NCBI RefSeq assembly: GCF_006345805.1
Contig: NC_042999.1
Coordinates: 79,112,001 to 79,176,000 of the forward strand
DNA length: 64,000 nt
Reading direction: 5' to 3'
Source: Octopus sinensis
Taxonomy: Eukaryota
Positions 41,017 through 54,282 of this stretch are shown here, piece by piece (the first letter of the stretch is position 1; each line of letters starts with the position of its first letter). The notes beneath the pieces are model-generated. The model was not told the DNA's origin. It saw nothing but the letters and a program-made list of their open reading frames with translations, and made no database searches. The translations under genes and the position numbers were made by a program.

Positions 41017-41392
41017 TTGTCTCCTTTTTTTCATTGGGTTCTTTATTTGTACTGTTTTTTTCTTCATTTGTATTGCTTTTACGTCCTGTTCTTGTCACTT
41101 TTTTTACCCCTCTGCAAAAGAATTTTATTTAATTCATTTTGCAGGAAGGATTGCTTCGGTCGTATCGTGTTCTGCCCTTACCTTCGAAACACGCATTGAG
41201 TCGAAACAGGGGCAGCTGAAGAAGGGGAATATTCCTTGTATTGTTTGTCTTGTACTCTGTTTTTTCGTTGTTAAAAAAAGTCCGTTTCCTTGTTTGATTT
41301 TATATTTTCGTTTCTCGTTGTGTTCTACGTTTATTCATGGTGTCCTGTACTCATATATGCATGTATATATACATATAGATGTAGGTATGTAC

Positions 41393-41425
<33 letters not shown>

Positions 41426-41470
41426 TGTATGTATGTATGTATGTATGCATATGTTTTATTTATTAAATTG
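41017..41470 (+). mobile_element. Same repeat family, second subfamily (copy 3)
   Basis: ttttatttaatt..permuted HHR..T-rich..tgtcctgtac.catatatgcatgtatatat..tagatgtagg tail, shared with 46987 and 28570. Confidence 0.65.
41166..41227 (+). ncRNA. Non-circularly permuted hammerhead ribozyme
   Basis: CGTGT-T^-CTGCCCTT-ac-CTTC-GAAA-CACG-(14 nt)-AGGGGCAG-CTGAAGA-A-GGGG; 8-bp stem I, GUU site. Confidence 0.72.
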
Positions 41471-41657
41471 TATATATATATATGTATATATATAAATGTA
41501 TTTATATATATATATATATATATATGTTTGTGTGCGTTTGTGTGTTTGTGTTTGTCCCCACCATCGCTTGACAACCGATGTTGGTGTGTTTACGTCCCCG
41601 TAACTAGCGGTTCGACAAAATAAACCGATAGAGTAAACAAATAAAAGAGTAAAAGAC

Positions 41658-41698
<41 letters not shown>

Positions 41699-42522
41699 GC
41701 TTATGAATTTGTGTTGCAAGATTTTTTATGCGAAACCGTATGCTGAAACAGATATTATATTTCCGGACGTTCATTTTTTTTGCCAAATAATGGAGTAAAC
41801 GGAGCAAGAGCACACATGAAGATGGAAAGTGTTGCTGAAGAGGTCATAGATGTGTGACGAAAGATTCCTGGACAGGAGTACCACCTTAAAGGACATTTTA
41901 GTCGAACAAATCGACTCCATGGCTTATACATTGTCAGCCTAGTACTTATTGTAGCGCTCTCTCTTGCAGAACCGCTAAGTTTCGGGGAAGCCATCATCAT
42001 CTGTCAAGCGATGGAGGACAAACAAACACAAAGCCAGACACACAGAGGATTATCCAAACTTCTTACTGCCTCCTTTTTATCAATATACAAAATCTGTACA
42101 ACACTTCAAATTACGATGAAAGTAAACAAAGTTTGCTTTAGAAGCGTTGAGATGTATTGAAAGATAAGAAAATAATTTTGTTCTCAAACGCAGGATAATG
42201 CTAGTAATATAGCATGAACAGGATAAACTACCCGGGTTGTAAATAGCCAAACTGTAAAATGCTAACAAATTGGCTAGCCTTTAGCAAACGTTCATAAGCA
42301 GAGATAATTGTACACCCAGTTTTTGTGACAGTTAAATTTGTTTCTGTGAGACAAGGTTGTACAATTAAATTCTGGAAGCTATGATTGCCTGTTTAGTTTA
42401 TGCACTTTTTGCTTTGTGTTAGGCATTTATGGATTTATTTTATGCTCCAGGAATTCGCCAGAACTTTTGATTGTTAGATTTAAATAATTTCTGTGTCACA
42501 TCTGGGCCCAAAGTTCGAAAAG

Positions 42523-42726
42523 CAAATTTATGAAACCAAATTTCTGAATCCAAATTTATGAAACCAAATTTCTGAATCCAAATTTATGAAACCAAATTTC
42601 TGAATCCAAATTTATGAAACCAAATTTTAGAATTCAAATTTATGAAACCATATTTTTGAAACCAAATTACGAATCCGAATTTATGAAATCAAGTTTATGA
42701 AACCAAATTTCTGAATCCAAATTTCT
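42523..42726 (+). repeat. Minisatellite, 14-bp subunits in a 28-bp higher-order dimer
   Basis: Alternating CAAATTTATGAAAC / CAAATTTCTGAATC, about 14 subunits. Confidence 0.9.
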
Positions 42727-43676
42727 AAACTGTATATATTTTACTTCTGTTAATAATATTTAAAAACAAAAACACCATGGTGTGTTGTTGTTCTGGGAGC
42801 ACCCCATCATTGTTGGTTGTGTAAATTCGGGTTATGGCCACCAAGTCGTAACATTATATACAAACACACTCACACACATGGTGTTATTAAGTTAGACATG
42901 ATCTGAGTTGCTTCTGATTGAAACTTAGCTAAGTATCTAAGTTTATACATTTTGTATACATGTAGAGAATATATATTATATAACTCACTCATGCGCGACC
43001 GTGCTTACATATTAATACCACAATTAGAGCATCTGTGTGTCAAAACTTTCGCAAACTTTTTGAGAATGGAATAAAATGATATCAATGTTTGCTTGACGTA
43101 GTGTAGTTTTTCAAGTCAGCCGCCCTATTTTCTGCGGGTATTCCACTTACACACGCATACACACACATGCACACACATACTCACACATACATTTATGCAT
43201 ACACACACACACATACATTTATGTATATTCATGACATTATATATGACGATGGCTTAGATGTCTGCGAAGTCAATAACATTCTTGTTTAACAACAATAAAT
43301 TTGTACTGGACAAACGTATAGAGTACTCCTTCAGATTAATCTATAATTACTATTATTATAAGAGAACAAAGAAAAACACAAACATTAATATAAATACACA
43401 CACACACACACACACACACGTGTGTTTATGTGTGTTGTTAAACGTAATAGCTACAGTGTTTCGTTAAAGTTAGTTCCATTTAAAGAAGTATAGTGTTAAA
43501 ATCACAGTATAATAGTAGAATTCAAAGCTAGCGGAAAAGAAATGGCCAAGAGGTGGATGAGAAAAATATATCGATATTTCGCAATTTTCGCAGTTCTTGC
43601 TGCTCGTTGCTGTTGTTGTTATTGTCCCCACTTCCGAAACGGATTCGAAATAGCCAACCGTATACTCTCTCTCTCT

Positions 43677-44520
43677 TTTACTCTTTTACTTGTTTCAGTC
43701 ATTAGACTGCGGCCATGCTGGAGCACCGCCTTTTAGTACTTATTCTATCGGTCTCTTTTGCCGAACCGCTAAGTGACGGGGACGTAAACACACCAGCATC
43801 GGTTGTCAAGCAATGCTAGGGGGACAAACACAGGCACACAAACACATACGCACACACACATATATATATACATATATACGACAGGCTTCTTTCAGTTTCC
43901 GTCTACCAAATCCACTCACAAGGCATTGGTCAGCCCGGGGCTATAGCAGAAGACACTTGCCCAAGATGCCACGCAGTGGGACTGAACCCGGAACCATGTG
44001 GTTGGTTAGCAAGCAACTTACCACACAGCCACTCCTGCGCCTTATTCTTTTACTTGTTTCGGGCATTTGACTGCGGTCATGCTGGAGCACCGTCTTCAAG
44101 GGTTTTAGCCAAACAAATCGCGCCCGGGACTTATTTCTTTTCAGCCTAATACTTATTCTATCGGGGCTTTTGCCGAGCTGCTAAGTTACAGGGACGTAAA
44201 CACACGAACGCCAGTTGTGATACGGTGATTGGGGGGAGAACCAGCCACAAATACAAACACACATAGATACACTCCACACGCACGCACGCACACACACACA
44301 CACGCATACACACTCACGCACACACACACACACATATATATATATTTATATACACGATGGGCTTCTTTCAGTTTCTGTCCACCGAAACCACTCACAGGGC
44401 TTTGGTTACACACATAGGCTACAGTAGTAAACACTTGTCCAAGGTACCGTGCAATGAGACTGAACCCGAAACCGTATGGTTGGGAAGCAAACTTTTTACT
44501 TCACAACCACACCTGCAGAT
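43677..44520 (-). mobile_element. Two tandem SINE family A copies
   Basis: 43677-44043 is very similar to the reverse complement of 8659-9060; 44044-44520 is more diverged. Confidence 0.85.
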
Positions 44521-45043
44521 GTGCTATAGCGTCGCACAAATACAACAAAATTCAAATGTTGTGTTAGAAGCAGTTCAATAACGTAAAAATTACCAATACC
44601 ACATCCTTCATGCATGTGAGTAGTTAAACGCTGATGCAGCTTTTCACTCTTAATCTAAATTTCATTCTGCTTGTGAGGCGCTATTTCATATCAGGAAATA
44701 ATTTTTATATTTGTATATACTTCTAACTGGCTATTTCGAACTCGGGAAGTGGGGTGAGTACGCGACAAAGATGACCAACAAAAACTGCCATATAGTGATA
44801 GCTGTCATCTCGTTCACTTTCGGGCGGTTTTATTTTGACTAGCTATAAAGTATACTGTGTTCACATTTCATCTCACTAAATGGACCTACATTAAACCAAA
44901 CAGTTATCAATGTTTAACAACACACATACATTACGTTTGTGACATTGTTAATATATATAAATATATATATATATATATAATATACACACACATTTATATA
45001 ATCGTATATATCTATTCATATATAAACAACATATTCATTTTTT

Positions 45044-45089
<46 letters not shown>

Positions 45090-45427
45090 ATATACATGCA
45101 TATCTTCATATATATGAATAAATATATATATGTTTATATACAATCACGCACACACACACACACACACACACAGACACCACACACACACATTGATTGATAG
45201 ATGAATTGTGGGTAATATAATGCAAGATGATAATAGATGCATGTCGAATTCCTACCTTAACTCCGACTTTAAACGCAACTTTAAATGCATCGATGAACTG
45301 GTATCGGGTCAGATTGTAAGATTTTTATATTTTATATAATATACAGAGAAAAGAAAAAAACGAATAATGGTGCATAAATTAGAAGAAATCGCTAGAAAGA
45401 TCTAGTAATGGATCTTCATGTTAAGTG

Positions 45428-45468
<41 letters not shown>

Positions 45469-45519
45469 TGTGTGTGCGTGTGTATGTATGTGCATGTGTA
45501 TATATATGTGTATATATGT

Positions 45520-45551
<32 letters not shown>

Positions 45552-46352
45552 GTTTGTGTGTGTGCGTGTATGTATATGTATATATATATATATATATAAA
45601 TATGAGTGTGTGTTTGTATCTGCGTGTGTGTATGTATTCATATGTGTATGTATATATGGGTGAGTGTACATATATATGTATGTGCATGTATATATATATT
45701 GATATATGGATATGCAAGTTATTCTTAAGAAATAAAGACAAGGGGTCGAAGAACCCAATTTCTATTAAAACCCCAAGGGGAACAACGTCCCCCCGACGAC
45801 AACTATTAATATTACTACTGCTAGTTATTCGACTGCTACAGCCACTGCTATAGAAAACAAGTCTTGACCACCGTATTTAATTTACCAAAACAAACAGACA
45901 GTAGTAATTTGCGGTCACAGACCCTTCAACTTGTCATGCCACGAAAACTAACGGAAATTACCACGTGCTCTTGTAGAAGAAAGGAAAGTAAAATATAAAT
46001 GTTAATTTTAATTTTAGTTTAATTCTATTAATAGCTCTTTTTTCTCTATATATATTCTATTTTAGTAATTTTTGAAAAACCTAAACATGTAAAACAAAAC
46101 CAAAACATTCTTTTTTTCATATACACATACACACATAGACAGACACACACACACATATATATATATATGTTATTCTATTTCGGAATGGTCATTTTGCCAG
46201 TTTAGCCAATAAAAACACATGCACTATATATTTGGTGTTACTTTGCTTCAGTGTTATTTATTTTTTACATTAAGCTTAATCTTATTTCGGCCAGAGTTCT
46301 TTCGTCAGTGGTCCTTTGCGTTCTTGATATAAAAATCTTGCACAACAAATAT

Positions 46353-46408
<56 letters not shown>

Positions 46409-46705
46409 TTGTAGAAAGGGGTTTGCATGATCGTGTATAGAAGAACATTTTAGTCAAAGGAGTTCCAACTCTGTTTTTCACGATATATTTATAATCTTCT
46501 AACGTTAATATAAAATATAAAATGATATAGTAAAAAGAAATGAAATGATGTATTAATTTTCTATTCTTATTGCACAAATAAAATATTAAATGTCCACTCT
46601 TATTAAACTAGTATATTTTCTTGCATTTATGACGCAATCTTCAAGTACATTGGTGGTGATAGTTACGGACAGAGTTGGAATTCCTTTGAGTAATATATAT
46701 TATAT

Positions 46706-46780
<75 letters not shown>

Positions 46781-46794
46781 ATAATGAATGAATG

Positions 46795-46851
<57 letters not shown>

Positions 46852-46886
46852 TATACATGTATATATATACATATATACATATATAT

Positions 46887-46941
<55 letters not shown>

Positions 46942-46942
46942 C

Positions 46943-46986
<44 letters not shown>

Positions 46987-46989
<3 letters not shown>

Positions 46990-47345
46990 ATTTTATTTTA
47001 ATTCTCTCGAGAGAAGGCCTAGCATGACCAGACGTGTCCTGTCTTGCCTTCGAAACACGCTATGTCTGCTAGCGACAGCTGATGAAGGGGATTTTTCCTT
47101 GTGCAGCATGTCCTGTACTTCGTTTTTCTGCTGTACACAATTGTTTTTCCCGTTTTCGTTTCGTCTTGTTCCACGTCTCTGTCCTTCTGTTGTAACAAAA
47201 TGGCTTTTCCGTTTTCGTTTCTGTTGATTTTTACGTCTTCTTGTGGTGTTCTGTACGTATATATATTTATATATGCATGTATATATACATGTAGATGTCG
47301 GTACGTACATATATGTTTGTATGTATGCATATATTTTATTTATTA

Positions 47346-47350
<5 letters not shown>
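46987..47350 (+). mobile_element. Same repeat family (copy 4), inside (TA)n
   Basis: Same HHR and 3' tail as copy 3; long (TA)n on both sides. Confidence 0.65.
47033..47090 (+). ncRNA. Non-circularly permuted (pseudoknotted) hammerhead ribozyme, best-preserved copy
   Basis: CGTGT-C^-CTGTC-ttgc-CTTC-GAAA-CACG-(14 nt)-GACAG-CTGATGA-A-GGGG. Stem III CGTGT/ACACG, GUC site, stem I CTGTC/GACAG, stem II CTTC/GGGG; core intact. Confidence 0.75.
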
Positions 47351-47402
<52 letters not shown>

Positions 47403-47533
47403 CATACAAAGTGTGGGGATTTAGTTCACAGGTGATTTAAACGACTAGGTACACTGGGTAAGTGCTGTTACGGATTACTGGGGCTCCAAGTTTATAGCCA
47501 AGACGGTAGTTATAGAGCCATTCTAGATTTCCG

Positions 47534-47687
47534 ATGTATATAATTGTTAAAGAGGTCAACAAACGTTAAGGCAAGACAAACTTCTCAAATCATATACGTT
47601 ATTATTTTTCCAATAATAATAACGTATATTACTTGAGATGTTTGTCTTGCCTTAAAGTTTGTTGTCCTCTTTAACAATTATATACAT
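47534..47687. repeat. Long fold-back inverted repeat
   Basis: ~73-bp arms (47534-47606 / 47615-47687) with few mismatches and an 8-nt spacer. Confidence 0.9.
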
Positions 47688-47726
47688 ATATATATGTATA
47701 AGTGTGTGTACGTGAGTGTATGTATG

Positions 47727-47757
<31 letters not shown>

Positions 47758-48268
47758 GTATCTTTACATACATATATACTCAGACAAACGCACACACATA
47801 CATACACACACATACACATGATTTAAATCCATGTGCCATTGAGTTTCAACCCTGTTTCCTAAGCAATATAGAATAGTTTACCACCAAAATGTTGGATACC
47901 GGTGGCATGAATGAAAATGTGCCAATTATACGAATATTCTTGAAACAGCTGTAAGGTACACTCTGCATACCGCTCTTCATCTCTTTTAACTCGATGATTT
48001 TATCTGTGGTAACTTCCTCGTCAATAACCTCATGTCAGTAATAATTACTTTGCGCCTTCTCCTCGAGTCTACAAGCGTTGATGTCAACAATTACGAATTT
48101 CCATTAACAGAACTTTTATTGATCTCTTGTGACTTATACTCTTTTATCCATCCGTTTTTCTCTACATACTGTACAAATATGTCATAATCTGAACCCGCTT
48201 TTCTTTTATTTCCTATCATACAGACACATATATACACACAAGTATATCCATATATATCCATATATATA

Positions 48269-48348
<80 letters not shown>

Positions 48349-48380
48349 ATATCCATATATATATGTATATACATGTATGT

Positions 48381-48635
48381 GGAGGCGCGTGGCTTAGTGG
48401 TTAGGGTGTCAGCATCATGATCGTAAGATTGTGGTTTCGATTCCTGGACCGGGTGACGCGTTGTTCTTCTTGAGCAAAACACTTCATTTCACGTTGCTCC
48501 AGTCCACTCATCTGGCAAAAATGAGTAACGCTGCGATGGATTGGCGTCCCATCCAGCTGGGGAACACATACGCCATGAAAACCGGGAAAATGGGCCCATG
48601 AGCTTGGCTAGGCTTTAAAAGGGCGCATTTATCTT
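48381..48635 (+). mobile_element. tRNA-derived SINE family C
   Basis: ggaggcgcgtggcttagtggttagg..gtttcgattcc head, cttgagcaa..cacttcatttcacgttgctccagtcca core. Confidence 0.85.
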
Positions 48636-49784
48636 TTTATTATATACATGTATATAATGATAAGTTTGATGCCCTGAAATTGACGGGGAACGTGTTGGAG
48701 TACAATACTTACATTTGTCGCTGAAAGATGTCCCGCATCCATATTGACATTCACAATGCTACGCAACTACCTGATCCCAAGAGCTCTAATAATTTCCATG
48801 TAAATGCATACTTAGTTTCTAAAGTTATCTATTTAATTTCACTTGAAACATGTGTGTGTGTTTGTGTGTGCGCGCGAACGTTTGTTTTTGCACAAGTGTG
48901 TGTGAACCATTGTATTTCAACTAATTGTAATTGTTTTTTTAATCTAAGTCATTTGTTTGATACTGTACTGAGCTTGGTAATTCACTATCATATTTAAATA
49001 TCTAATACCGACAAAACCACTATTTTTAGGTTCGATTTATTTGATCGTAATGTACTATGGATACCTGTCGTATTAATTACAGGAAGACATAATTGAACCT
49101 TGTAGATTTGAACTGAATTTACTGAAAAGAGAAACTGAATACTATAGGTGTGAATTGTGAGATATCGATTTGCAGAACGACTAACGTTTCGGACTGTTAT
49201 TTACACCAGCGACAAAAGGCCACACTTATACTCTTTGTTCAAAGGCAAGACCTCCATTAGACTTTTACTCCAGGCAGAATTTTGAATATTTTTCATTCCC
49301 CTTTTCTCAATTTATTCTGTTGTTGCCAAACTAACGGACATTAGTTTTTTTTTAATGTTTCAGTCACAACCCTCAGTAACGTAATAGTTTTTTTTTTTCA
49401 ATCTAAGTCACTTCTGCCAACTTAGCCGTTTTGGAAGAGTTATAATATTTCGTGAAGATTCCACATTTTATAATCGTATTTTCTTGATTTTTAATGTATA
49501 AGTGTTATATGCTGATACAGTCTCCCATTATATTAAAGATTTCGTTTATGTCTTCGATTTCCTTCTGTTCTGAAGTGTGATTAAAGCCTAACGCTTATTT
49601 AATTTTATTGAAGATTTCGATCATGCTTCGATTTGTTTCCATACACATGGCTATTTAAAGCATTGCACACAATCTTGTTTCATTATAGTTTAATTATATA
49701 TTTCGATCATGTCCTCGGTTTCTTTCCATAGTTAAGTTTGTTTAATTCGAAACACAAACTTGTTTTATTATATTAAACATTTAT

Positions 49785-50225
49785 TGGCTGCGAGCTGGCA
49801 GAAACGTTAGCACGCCGGGCAAAATGTGTAGCAGTATTTCGTTTGTCTTTACGTTCTGAGTTCAAATTCCGCCGCGGTTGACTTTGCCTTTCATCCTTTC
49901 GGGGTCGACAAATTAAGTACCAGATGCGTACTGGGGTCGATCTAATAGACTGTTCCCCTCCCCCAAAATTTCGGGCCTTGTGCCTAGAGTAGAAAAGAAT
50001 ATTTTAAAGAAGGCGGCAAGCTGGCAGAAATGTTAATACGCCGGGCGAAATGCTTATCGGAATTTCGTCCGTCTTTACGTTCTGAGTTCAAATTCCGCCG
50101 CGGTTGACTTTGCCTTTCATCCTTTCGGGGTCAATAAATTAAATACCAGTTGCGTACTGGAGTCGATCTAATCGACTGGCTCCTTCCCCCCAGATTTCGG
50201 GCCTTGTGCTTAGAGTAGAAAAGAT
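49785..50225 (+). mobile_element. Two tandem SINE family B monomers
   Basis: Copies at ~49785-50000 and ~50011-50225. Other diverged copies at ~4173-4590(-), 9120-9305(+), 14700-14905(+), 39568-39705(-), 53112-53320(-), 62450-62820(-). Confidence 0.85.
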
Positions 50226-50929
50226 TATATTAGACATTTCGATTTTATCTTTGAATTCGTTTGATACCCAAGGTTCTTTAAAGTGTAGTAATCGAACACA
50301 CGAACATCGTGACAATCAGAATGGTATAGTTTTAGCCATAAAAATTATTTTGTATAGAAGATAAATATAAAGTAGTAAGCTTTATACTTTCCGCAATAAT
50401 TAATAGTCATTATAATTGAAATTGCATCAACCACAACTGGGCCACGTTAAATCGTTTTATCAGACAAGATTCACTGTGAACTCATAATGAGTGTATCGCA
50501 TATCTATAGGTTATATCTGTCGCAGTAGTAAATTATGGCCACTAACATAGGAGAGACAAATGATGCCGCGCCCAGAATCAGTTGTTCCTTTACAATTTCA
50601 TAGCAATTTACTTAACATTTATGGTTAAATGTATTTTCGATTATTAATTAGAGCTGTTTCAGCTCATCACGTGACCAATTTTAGCTTTTGATGCAAGTCC
50701 AAGCCTGAAATCAGAATATTAAGACAGTTTAGTATATAATCCTGATCTTGACAGTGGGGTAGTCTTAGTTCTAACAGGTAGTGAATTATCAGAGCCAATA
50801 GAATACTGCGCAGCCGGCTCACTATATTATGATATTAATACTAGTGACGACGCCTTGTATTCCTTCGATGTCAATAAACAGTACTTGCCAAGTAGTGGGG
50901 CTGTTTATTCTCTTCCAACATCTGTCTAG

Positions 50930-51004
<75 letters not shown>

Positions 51005-51899
51005 GTCTGTCTGTCTGTCTGTCGGTCTGTATGTCTGTCTAGCTATCTCTTTAATATATCACTAATACATAGTTTTAATGCTATAGTATACTATAAATTA
51101 TAATGAAAGATTTTAGTCAATGTTGTATGCTTAGGTCTAAACAAAATGTATGCATGTAAGGAAACTGTTGACGCATCAAAGCCAAAATGTGTTATATATG
51201 CTCAGTAGTCTATCCCATTTTCATAAACCCTCAGTAACAGCACATTCATAAGTATCTCTGTGCAGAATTAAACAGAATACACAACCTTAGACTAAATCCC
51301 AACACCAGACAGAATCGAGTTCAACTGACGGCTCATTTTCTGACCACAAAACATTGTATATAAAAACGATTTTTTTCTACACCTGTTTTTCATTCAGTGC
51401 TGGCCAAAAGTTTATAGACATAGGCTATAACAATGACTTACATATATTATGAAAGATTAATTTGATTTCTCAAAGTAGTAAATTTGCCTCACTCGATGTG
51501 ATTCTAAAAGAAACGATTTAATGCATCTTCCTGGAGTGGTAGTCTTAATCGGTCATCCATGATTTATAGATTTCATTGGTTACCTGGTTTCACATCACTG
51601 CATTGCTCAGGGGTATCTTTAGCAGAATCCAGGCTGTTTTTATAACATCCGGATCGTTTAGTGTAATTTGTCATAAGGCGGGTTGCTCCGCTATTTCAGC
51701 AAACTCGTGAGCTAATTCACTATTCATTCAACATGGCTTGCCCTCTGAATCTTGAGCTCCTACAAAACTTAGTGGGTGTTGATCTTCATCCTTTGACTAA
51801 CAATTTTAAAAAGTCATAAACAAAAATATTAATTGATTAATAAGTGTTAATAATAATGTTTGTGTTGATCTTTTTGCGTTTTTTAATATTCATGCAATA

Positions 51900-53026
51900 C
51901 GTATTCTACGTATATTTGTTAATAATTTTATTTGTGTAAAAAAAATTAAAAATAAAATAAAACAACATGCGTACGTATGAAGACAAAAAGGTATGAATAA
52001 TTGTTTTTTTTTTTTCAGTACATATATAATTAACTGTCTCTTCTTGCTTGTATTAGTGTTGGTTTTGTATATGGATTTTTGTAGATGTGTATGTGTGCAA
52101 GTATGCGGGTATGTTGTTTTCTTGTGCGTCTGTGCAACTATGCATAGCTTTATTTATTGTTTTTTTATTTATATATGTTATTGATGATGTTTTTCTTGTT
52201 CTTCAGCCTATAATGATATGCAAGCAAAAATAAGATATTTGGGGAGAAATGTAAGAATACAGAGAAATTAAAAGAGGGTGAGTGGTGGATGGTTTTAATT
52301 AAGTAAATATGTAAGTAAATGAGTGAGTGAGGTTGTGAGTTTGAGTTTGAATTTCAGCTTGAGTTTTTAGTTTCAGTTTCAATTTGAGTGTGAAATTGAG
52401 CGTGAATTTTAGTTCCAGTTTGAATGTGAGACTGAGCTTCTGTCTAAGATTGAATTTGAATTTCAGTACCAATTTGTATCAGTCAGTTGTGAGAGAAATA
52501 TCGGGGAGAGAGACAAAGAGAGAGAAAGCGAGAGAGAAAGAAAGAGAGAGAAGGGGAGATGCGAGGGAAGTGTTTATATCGCTTGAACATATATATTTTT
52601 TCACAGTTTTAAAAAATATCTTGTATGAATATGCATGTGTGCCTGCGTGTGTGTACGTGTGTGTATGCATGCGTGTGTATATGTGTGTGTATGTGTGCAC
52701 GTATGTCTGCATTGAATCCGTTCTGTTCAATTGTTTTATGTTCTATCAGGGGTGTACAGTTCATGTTCCAGTCTTAGCTTCTTGCAATTTAGTTTTCTTC
52801 TCCAAAGTACTGAAGAGAAATTGCTTCACTGAATATATATATATACTTTGTATTTTTTCTCAGTTTCTTTTTTGTTTTACTTTTTTTTTCATTCCACTTC
52901 AGCCATCTTGTTCACATTTTATCATTATTTCTATTTTTTTAATTTTTAATGATTTAAAAAACAAAAAAAAAAACAAAAAGAAAATCCATTCACATAATTG
53001 AAATTGTTATTGTTACTACTGTCATT

Positions 53027-53095
<69 letters not shown>

Positions 53096-53503
53096 GCAAT
53101 AATGATGATCATGGTTTCTAACTTAGGCACAAAGCCACAAATTTGGGGTGGGATGATGGTAAATAGTCGACCCAATATTTAACTGGTGCAATATTTTTAT
53201 CGAAACCTCCCAGAAAAATGAGATGCCAAGTCGACTTTGCGGGATTCGGACAGAGAACGTAAAGGGAAGACATTAAATACCACAAGGCATTTTATTCAGC
53301 TGCTCTCTATACCGCCTCTGCCACTGGAACCCGGCTAAATAATAATAACTGTAATGAATTTAATCGAGGAACATCTTTGATGACCTTCAAACACTTCTAT
53401 GCAATGTATTTTTTTTATCATCTTTTCTTTTGTCCAAGACGTATATTAATCCTTGTTTTTTTTACGTATGGAAATTTCTGATGAATATCTCAAATCATGA
53501 ATA

Positions 53504-53571
<68 letters not shown>

Positions 53572-54108
53572 TAATCATTGTCATCGCCTCAGTTTGTATG
53601 TTCGTTTGGTTTCTTTGTTATTTTGGTTGTCTTTTTGTTTTGTATTTTTTTACGATTCATTGTCACATCCTTTATTATCGTTCGCAAATTTCGACATATG
53701 CGCCGTTGCTTTATATATTTTTGATATGTGTATGTGTCAGTGTCTGTTTATGTAAATATGCATCTGTGTGCACATGGTAATGTGTGTATGAGATAACAGT
53801 AGCAACAACATAGCAGTCTCTGTAGCTCAAATTGCAGCACCAAGTCTCTGAATGAGTCGAGTCTGACGAAGTGCAAATGTGTGAAAAACAACTGGGCAGT
53901 TCTTTTGCTTTCCTTTGTTGTGTTTTTTGTATTATTTTCAGTTCTTTACTTTTATAGTTTTAGTTTTTGTTTTTGTTGTTACTGTTCTTTATGTTTATTG
54001 TTGTCTTGCTTTTGTTGTTGCTTATTACAATTGTGATGTGTCTTTTATAACTGTTTTTATTGATTGATCCTGAGCCGCGGAGGGTGATATTACAGACGTA
54101 GTCTTGGG
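51900..54108 (-). other. Putative 3' UTR of the ARID3-like gene (distal end uncertain)
   Basis: Follows the stop codon; strongly strand-biased composition (A-rich on the sense strand). One candidate AATAAA on the minus strand at 51927-51932, among several. Confidence 0.35.
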
Positions 54109-54212
54109 CTAAATCCGTCGTGGCTGTTGAGCAAACAAGACGCCCTGGTACATGATACCGTTGATCTCCATACTGACCACTAGTGAATTGTCAATCTCCG
54201 ACCGACCGTCAT
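54109..54212 (-). CDS. ARID3: Terminal coding exon of the ARID3/dead ringer-like gene (REKLES-beta, stop codon)
   Basis: Acceptor tttctttttcag|AT, phase 1. Translates (N)DGRSEIDNSLVVSMEINGIMYQGVLFAQQPRRI* (TAG 54111-54109). SMEINGIMYxGVLFAQ is the hallmark ARID3 C-terminal motif. Too short for the ORF track. Confidence 0.93.
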
Positions 54213-54222
54213 CTGAAAAAGA

Positions 54223-54282
<60 letters not shown>

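Noticed and set aside
42523-42726. CRISPR-like array
   Set aside because: No unique spacers; eukaryotic minisatellite.
46275-46312. CTGACGA...CCGAAA on the minus strand
   Set aside because: Could not assign stems I-III or a UH site.
47047-47090. Reading the 47k motif as an ordinary type II hammerhead using the GTC at 47064-47066
   Set aside because: No stem I forms in that register and the linker is not conserved between copies, whereas the upstream strand pairs and covaries.
48381-48455. tRNA gene
   Set aside because: tRNA-like head continues into SINE core and tail; no complete cloverleaf or terminator.
53478-53503. CTGATGA motif in the putative 3' UTR
   Set aside because: No GAAA and no stems; chance match.
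54060-54281. Initially read as a retroelement 3' end with a (TAA)n tail
   Set aside because: The minus strand encodes the conserved ARID3 C-terminal motif with a proper acceptor and stop.
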